A stretch of 64,000 nt of DNA from Candidatus Moraniibacteriota bacterium (GTDB taxonomy: Bacteria > Patescibacteriota > Minisyncoccia > Moranbacterales > UBA1568), in contig CAVURJ010000002.1 of the NCBI GenBank assembly GCA_963743885.1, positions 36,721 to 100,720 of the forward strand, given 5' to 3'. Below, one piece after another: positions 60,301 to 64,000 of this stretch. The position numbers and the translations under genes were made by a program. The notes under the pieces are model-generated. The model was not told the DNA's origin and searched no databases. It saw only the letters and a program-made list of their open reading frames with translations. Every line of letters starts with the position of its first letter. The first letter of the stretch is position 1.

Positions 60301-61802
60301 CCGCGAGCAATAATAGTCGCTCCTATTCCGGTTCTGTCTACGTCTTCTTCTCTACTCTGATCGATGATGTCGGCGCCACAACCGGTAACAACAAAGACCT
60401 CGCTACTGGTACCAACTACAACATCCGCTATGATGGTGCGGTCGCAGAGGATACTCTCGGGTCAGCAGTAGTCATCGGCGACGTGAATGGCGATAGTCAT
60501 CCTGATCTTATCGTCGGTGCGCCGTATGCGAGCAATAATAGTCGCTTTCATTCCGGCTCCGTCTACGTCTTCTTCTCTACTCTGATCGATGATGTCGGCG
60601 CTACGACCGGTAATGACAAGGATCTGGCTACCGGGACCAACTACAACATCCGCTATGACGGGGTAGTTACGAGCGGATATTATGGCGAAGCGCTGTTCAC
60701 TGGCGACGTGAACGGCGACGGTTATGCTGATCTTGTACTCGGTAATGGGAACACGAGTTACAATAGCCGCGCCTATTCCGGTTCCGCCTACGTCTTCTTC
60801 TCTACCCTGATTGACGATGTGGGCGCCACCACTGGTAACAATCTCGACCTCGCTACTGGTACCAACTACAACATCCGCTATGATGGTGCGACTGCCAGTG
60901 CTCGGTTAGTTGGCGCCGAGGGAGCTATTGTTATTGGTGATGTAAATGGCGACAGCCACCCCGACCTTATCGTCGGTGCGCCGTATACGAGTTATAATAG
61001 TCGCTCCGCTTCCGGTTCCGCCTACGTCTTCTTCTCTACCCTGATTGACGATGTGGGCGCCACGACCGGTAACAATCTCGACCTCGCGATAGGGACCAAC
61101 TACAACATCCGCTATGATGGCGCGGCCGCCGAGGACAGGCTGACATACGGGGAAAATAGCAAAGTATTGACGGCTGGCGATGTGAATGGCGACGGTTATC
61201 CTGATCTTGTGTTCGGATCGTCATATATTGATAACAATAGCCGTTCTTACTCTGGCTCTGTCTATGTCCTCTTCTCTACCCTGATTGACGATGTGGGCGC
61301 CACGACCGGTAACAACAAAGACCTGGCTACCGGGACCAACTACAACATCCGCTATGATGGCGCGGCCGCCGGTGATTGGCTGGCTGGCTATTCGGGAGTG
61401 ATTATCGGGGATGCTGATGGCGACGGCCACCCCGACCTCGTCTTCGGTACGTCGCTGGCCGACAATAATTCTCGGACGAATTCTGGCGCGCTCTATATGC
61501 TTTCTTCTACTCTGATTGATGATGTCGGCGCTACGACCGGTAATGACAAGGATCTGGCCACCGGTACCAACTACAGCATCCGCTACGATGGGGCTCTTGC
61601 TAATGACGGACTTGCCTCTGTTCCGGAAACCATTGCCATCGGCAATCTGGGCGGCAAAGCGAATCTCGCGTTTTGTGTAGGGACAGGACCATATAATAGC
61701 GGCTCCGTCTATATTATCGAAAAAGGTGGCCCATCAGCTCATCAGCCGTTCGGTATCCAGGGCCAGGCCAAGTTTAATGGCGCCATCAAGCTTGGGCACT
61801 AG
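57324..61802 (+). CDS. Membrane-anchored FG-GAP (integrin-alpha-like beta-propeller) repeat protein, 1492 aa
   Basis: N-terminal TM 'VLVVFAIIGAAGFGLV'. At least 14 tandem ~73-aa repeats of 'GDVNGDG(F/Y/H)xDL(V/I)xG...NNSRS.SGS.YVFFSTLIDDVGATTGNNLDLATGTNYNIRYDG', matching the FG-GAP consensus (Ca-binding DxNxDGxxD loop). Confidence 0.8.
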   Translation: MTKGYMKPERRLGTILWRAAPVLVVFAIIGAAGFGLVRLWQHEMAVIIPDELASGTARTVTLVAGKDYHVSGQSVVENVPDNEMLAAFPMLQDGFSDLSFSMDADANIAKSAIEKTVSLSESAGRVASEYSLDGMRITTEYRENDSISKQSENQKMLGGGEGSISIKQTITLKNDQDQEKKVAFSVRTKIAADKVVWDGREYRLTGQHETFRAYEKTASVPEFAKDMGQKDLKGIDAFKDYTHTYTVGSSLSFADKDGNMADYDWSDALAFHPEVVAYREGDASYIELRLSGVTVPAYGETVIDPDYDLASGAGYTARYDGAYINNSISSIAVSDVNGDGFSDLVISSPYASNNSRTGSGSVYIVFRKADSPSGVQSLDVAAHYNIRYDGAAAGDTFGSAVVVGDVNGDSHSDLIVGASTASNNSRSYSGSVYVFFSTLIDDVGATTGNNLDLATGTNYNIRYDGAAAGDTFGSAVVVGDVNGDSHPDLIAGVPYASNNSRSASGSAYVFFSTLIDDVGATTGNNLDLATGTNYNIRYDGAEAGDFMGQSVTTGDVNGDSYPDLVLGTPDAGNNARSGSGSVYVFFSTLIDDVGATTGNNLDLATGTNYNIRYDGAEAGDFMGQSVTTGDVNGDSHSDLIVGASTASNNSRSASGSAYVFFSTLIDDVGATTGNNLDLATGTNYNIRYDGAVAGDYIGQTATTGDVNGDSHPDLIVGASTASNNSRSASGSAYVFFSTLIDDVGATTGNNLDLATGTNYNIRYDGAVAGDYIGQTATTGDVNGDSHPDLIVGASTASNNSRSASGSAYVFFSTLIDDVGATTGNNLDLATGTNYNIRYDGAVAGDYMGQSVTTGDVNSDGYSDMIAQTQASSGDDLVYILFSTLIDDVGATTGNNFDLATSTNYSARFDGAPSLGTYVDGRLAIGDVNGDGIDDLVIGGVSIYVIFGGQHPTGNRLLTVAGNYNIRYNSVSTHIAIGDVNGDGFSDLVIGSSSASNNSRSYSGSVYVFFSTLIDDVGATTGNNKDLATGTNYNIRYDGAVAEDTLGSAVVIGDVNGDSHPDLIVGAPYASNNSRFHSGSVYVFFSTLIDDVGATTGNDKDLATGTNYNIRYDGVVTSGYYGEALFTGDVNGDGYADLVLGNGNTSYNSRAYSGSAYVFFSTLIDDVGATTGNNLDLATGTNYNIRYDGATASARLVGAEGAIVIGDVNGDSHPDLIVGAPYTSYNSRSASGSAYVFFSTLIDDVGATTGNNLDLAIGTNYNIRYDGAAAEDRLTYGENSKVLTAGDVNGDGYPDLVFGSSYIDNNSRSYSGSVYVLFSTLIDDVGATTGNNKDLATGTNYNIRYDGAAAGDWLAGYSGVIIGDADGDGHPDLVFGTSLADNNSRTNSGALYMLSSTLIDDVGATTGNDKDLATGTNYSIRYDGALANDGLASVPETIAIGNLGGKANLAFCVGTGPYNSGSVYIIEKGGPSAHQPFGIQGQAKFNGAIKLGH

Positions 61803-61890
61803 TAAACCCACAAACAGCGGTCCGACTGCTGTAAAGAAGTGATAAAGCCCAAATTTCAGAGCCCAAAAAGCCAAATAGACCACAGAACCT

Positions 61891-62250
61891 ATGACTCAAA
61901 GCCCAAATAAATACCGACTACTAGAAACCCGAACGACGGAATTCGCAAAGCGTATAATCCGTCTGTGCAAGGCTCTTCCGAAAAATATGATAAATTATCG
62001 GTTGATAGATCAGATTGTCCGATCGGCTGGTTCGGTTGGAGCAAATTATCGGGAAGCCAATGAAACGGTGGGGAGAAAAGATTTCGTGTATCGTATCCGT
62101 ATAGCAAGGAAAGAATGCAAAGAGACAGAACATTGGTTGGATCTTATCCGAGAGGCGAATGCGGAGTTTGATGCGAGAATGGATGAATTATTTCGAGAAT
62201 GCCTCGAGATAAGGAAAATCCTTTCCGCCATCATTAAAAAATCGAAGTAG
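61891..62250 (+). CDS. Four-helix-bundle protein (IVS-protein family), second copy
   Basis: 'IIRLCKALPKN...RLIDQIVRSAGSVGANYREANETVGRKDFVYRIRIARKECKETEHWLDLI' matches the same family pattern as 39318-39704. Confidence 0.7.
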   Translation: MTQSPNKYRLLETRTTEFAKRIIRLCKALPKNMINYRLIDQIVRSAGSVGANYREANETVGRKDFVYRIRIARKECKETEHWLDLIREANAEFDARMDELFRECLEIRKILSAIIKKSK

Positions 62251-62402
62251 AAAGAGGTTGTTTCCCGTTTGAATTTTCGTGTTTTGTGCCCTATTTGGTT
62301 TTCTGTGTTCTGATTCTTGTGCTCTGTCTGGCTTTTTGTGCATTGGTTCCTGTGTTCTCTTAAGTCATTAGAAAATTAGATATTCGGTATTCATATACAT
62401 AT

Positions 62403-64000
62403 ATGTCTGACTACGGTTTCACCAAACACAGAGCCTTCCAATGGATGTTCATCATCATAATTCTCATGGGGGGCGTTTTCGCGTACTATCATTTCCGTTC
62501 TTATGCAGCGGTGACGCTCAATAAAATATCTGGCGGGACGGTCAAGCTGGATACGTCGCAGAACAGCCAATTGACGAACGGCCTAGTGGGCGAGTGGTCG
62601 TTCAATGGCGCGGACATGTCCGGTACCACGGCCTATGACCGGAGCGGCCAGGGGAACAACGGCACGCTCACCAACGGCCCGACGCCGGCTATTGGTCAGG
62701 TTGGCCAGGCGCTCTCGTTTGATGGAACAGATGATTATGTGAATGTTGGGAAAAGTGTTGGCGCGAGTACGATGACTGTGACTGCCTGGGTGAAGCCGGA
62801 TTTCTCATCGCAGTATAATTCCGGGCGTCACTGCATCATTGCCGCAGCTGCAGCCACGAATTATTTTAGTGTGTGCTACGCCGGGGACTATAGTAGCATA
62901 CAAGGATGGATCACGCGCTTTCGCGGTGGCGGCGTGACTGACAATGAATCGTATGGGATCCGAAAAACGACGAATAATGGTTTTCAAGGAAATTGGATAT
63001 TTGTCGCTGTTACGCTCGATAAGGATGTCGGTGCGAAGATATATGAGGATGGCGTGCTTCAAGGTTTCAGTCCGGGCACGACGGGTATCATGGGGAGCAA
63101 TACCGCTGTCGTTATCGGCAATAACGGCAGCGGAGCGGGTTTTTGGAAAGGCGCTATGGATGAGGTGCGCGTGTATAATCGTGTACTGCCAGCAAGCGAG
63201 GTCTGGGATCTTTATCAATTGGGAGTGGCGGATAAGGCTAGCTCGGCATCGAGTCAGGGCGATCCGCTCGAAAAAGGCCTTGCGGGTTATTGGAATCTTG
63301 ATGATGGGAGCGGGACGACTGCTACGGATGCTTCGGTGAATGCGAACAATGGCACGCTTACCAATGGCCCGACATGGAGTACGGGACAGATCGGCGGCGG
63401 TGCTGTCTTTGATGGGACGGATGATTATGTATCGATAAGCAATCCTCCGGTGGTAGGATGGCCGCTGACAATGAGCGTATGGTTCAAGACGACGGACGCG
63501 ACCGCGAGTTACCGATCTATGGCGGCTTTGCTTGGTGTTAATTCGTTTGCGATTTTACAGTTCGATCTCTCCAGTTGTGGCGGCCCCGGGAAGGTAAAGT
63601 ATATTATCCGGGATAATGGCGGTAGCGTTTTAGCGCAGAAATGCTCGTCAACCGATTTGAACGATGGTATGTGGCATCATGCAGTAGGCGTGAGCTCATC
63701 AGCGAGCGATCATAGGCTGTATATAGATGGGGCATTGCAAGGAAGCGACGCTACTGCTTTAGGGGCAACGACGTTTACTTCTATGAGGATAGGAACCAAG
63801 GTATCGGGTGATCAGCACTTCCCCGGGTCTCTTGATGATGTCCGCGTCTATAGTCGCGCCCTCTCCGATGGCGATGTCGCCAAGCTCTACAGGACGACAG
63901 CGCCGGATGATCCAGATACGGGACTTAAGGGCTATTGGAGTTTCAATGGTACTGATGTCTCCGGTACGACGGCCTACGACAGAAGTGGGAGCGGGAGTAA
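62403..64000 (+). CDS. Membrane-anchored LamG/concanavalin-A-like (Laminin_G_3-type) repeat protein, 5' part (runs off the window)
   Basis: Hand translation from ATG 62403 shows no stop through base 64000, so it is absent from the closed-ORF track. N-terminal TM 'WMFIIIILMGGVFAYY'. Repeated 'L.G.W.F.G......D.SG.GNNGTLTNGPT...G.GQ.G.AL.FDGTDDYV' and 'MDEVRVYNRVLPASEVWDLY' / 'LDDVRVYSRALSDGDVAKLY' LamG_3 signatures. At least 3 domains. Confidence 0.7.
   Translation, partial: MSDYGFTKHRAFQWMFIIIILMGGVFAYYHFRSYAAVTLNKISGGTVKLDTSQNSQLTNGLVGEWSFNGADMSGTTAYDRSGQGNNGTLTNGPTPAIGQVGQALSFDGTDDYVNVGKSVGASTMTVTAWVKPDFSSQYNSGRHCIIAAAAATNYFSVCYAGDYSSIQGWITRFRGGGVTDNESYGIRKTTNNGFQGNWIFVAVTLDKDVGAKIYEDGVLQGFSPGTTGIMGSNTAVVIGNNGSGAGFWKGAMDEVRVYNRVLPASEVWDLYQLGVADKASSASSQGDPLEKGLAGYWNLDDGSGTTATDASVNANNGTLTNGPTWSTGQIGGGAVFDGTDDYVSISNPPVVGWPLTMSVWFKTTDATASYRSMAALLGVNSFAILQFDLSSCGGPGKVKYIIRDNGGSVLAQKCSSTDLNDGMWHHAVGVSSSASDHRLYIDGALQGSDATALGATTFTSMRIGTKVSGDQHFPGSLDDVRVYSRALSDGDVAKLYRTTAPDDPDTGLKGYWSFNGTDVSGTTAYDRSGSGS

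Noticed and set aside
41654-61802. Dozens of 60-400-aa ORFs on the minus strand and in other plus frames inside the giant and FG-GAP genes (e.g. 42914-43666, 47027-47770, 58743-59930)
   Set aside because: They lie entirely within single continuous 5212-aa and 1492-aa plus-strand frames whose repeat structure is protein-level coherent. The alternative-frame ORFs are Arg/Pro/Ala-rich, recur identically because the DNA is repeated, and lack RBSs. They are typical shadow ORFs of GC-biased repetitive coding DNA.

Overview
This 64-kb window is mostly coding, on a streamlined chromosome with an overwhelmingly plus-strand bias. The style (dimeric GlyRS, four-helix-bundle 'IVS' genes, DUF11 and giant surface proteins, many GTG/TTG starts) suggests a Patescibacteria/CPR-like bacterium; this is an inference, not a database result. 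Housekeeping genes I can support: four aminoacyl-tRNA synthetases (ileS 3' part, glyQS, metG, leuS); a complete F1Fo ATP synthase operon (atpB-E-F-H-A-G-[insert]-D-C); parA/parB; recO; tgt; folD; uppP; rsmI; a tatD-family nuclease; a DnaQ-like exonuclease; an M16 peptidase; an AI-2E transporter; and two tandem LysM/SLT lytic transglycosylases. There is one class-II tRNA-Leu(CAA) on the minus strand. I saw no rRNA and no CRISPR array. The last ~23 kb (40.9-64 kb) is a cell-surface gene cluster: a membrane-anchored FN3-like protein, a 5212-aa Thr/Gly/Ser-rich repeat protein built of near-identical segmental duplications, a 1492-aa FG-GAP (integrin-alpha-like) repeat protein, and a LamG/concanavalin-like repeat protein that runs off the window. 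Unusual features seen directly in the sequence: (1) a ~125-bp inverted-repeat element present 4 times, each exactly filling an intergenic gap and ending 9-19 nt before a start codon that has no SD; (2) pervasive 7-bp-period tandem repeats of several unit types, including in-frame copies inside ileS, metG, tatD, leuS and tgt; (3) GTTAACG-based palindromic repeat modules at ATP-synthase operon junctions; (4) a complete NUDIX domain inserted in-frame into LeuRS, plus a stand-alone NUDIX gene translationally coupled to ileS; (5) four-helix-bundle genes behaving like mini-cassettes with terminal inverted repeats, one splitting parA from parB; (6) an ORF6N-domain gene plus a divergent orphan ORF inserted inside the atp operon. 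Coordinates are 1-based and were counted by hand. Product calls rest on motif recognition only; no searches were run.
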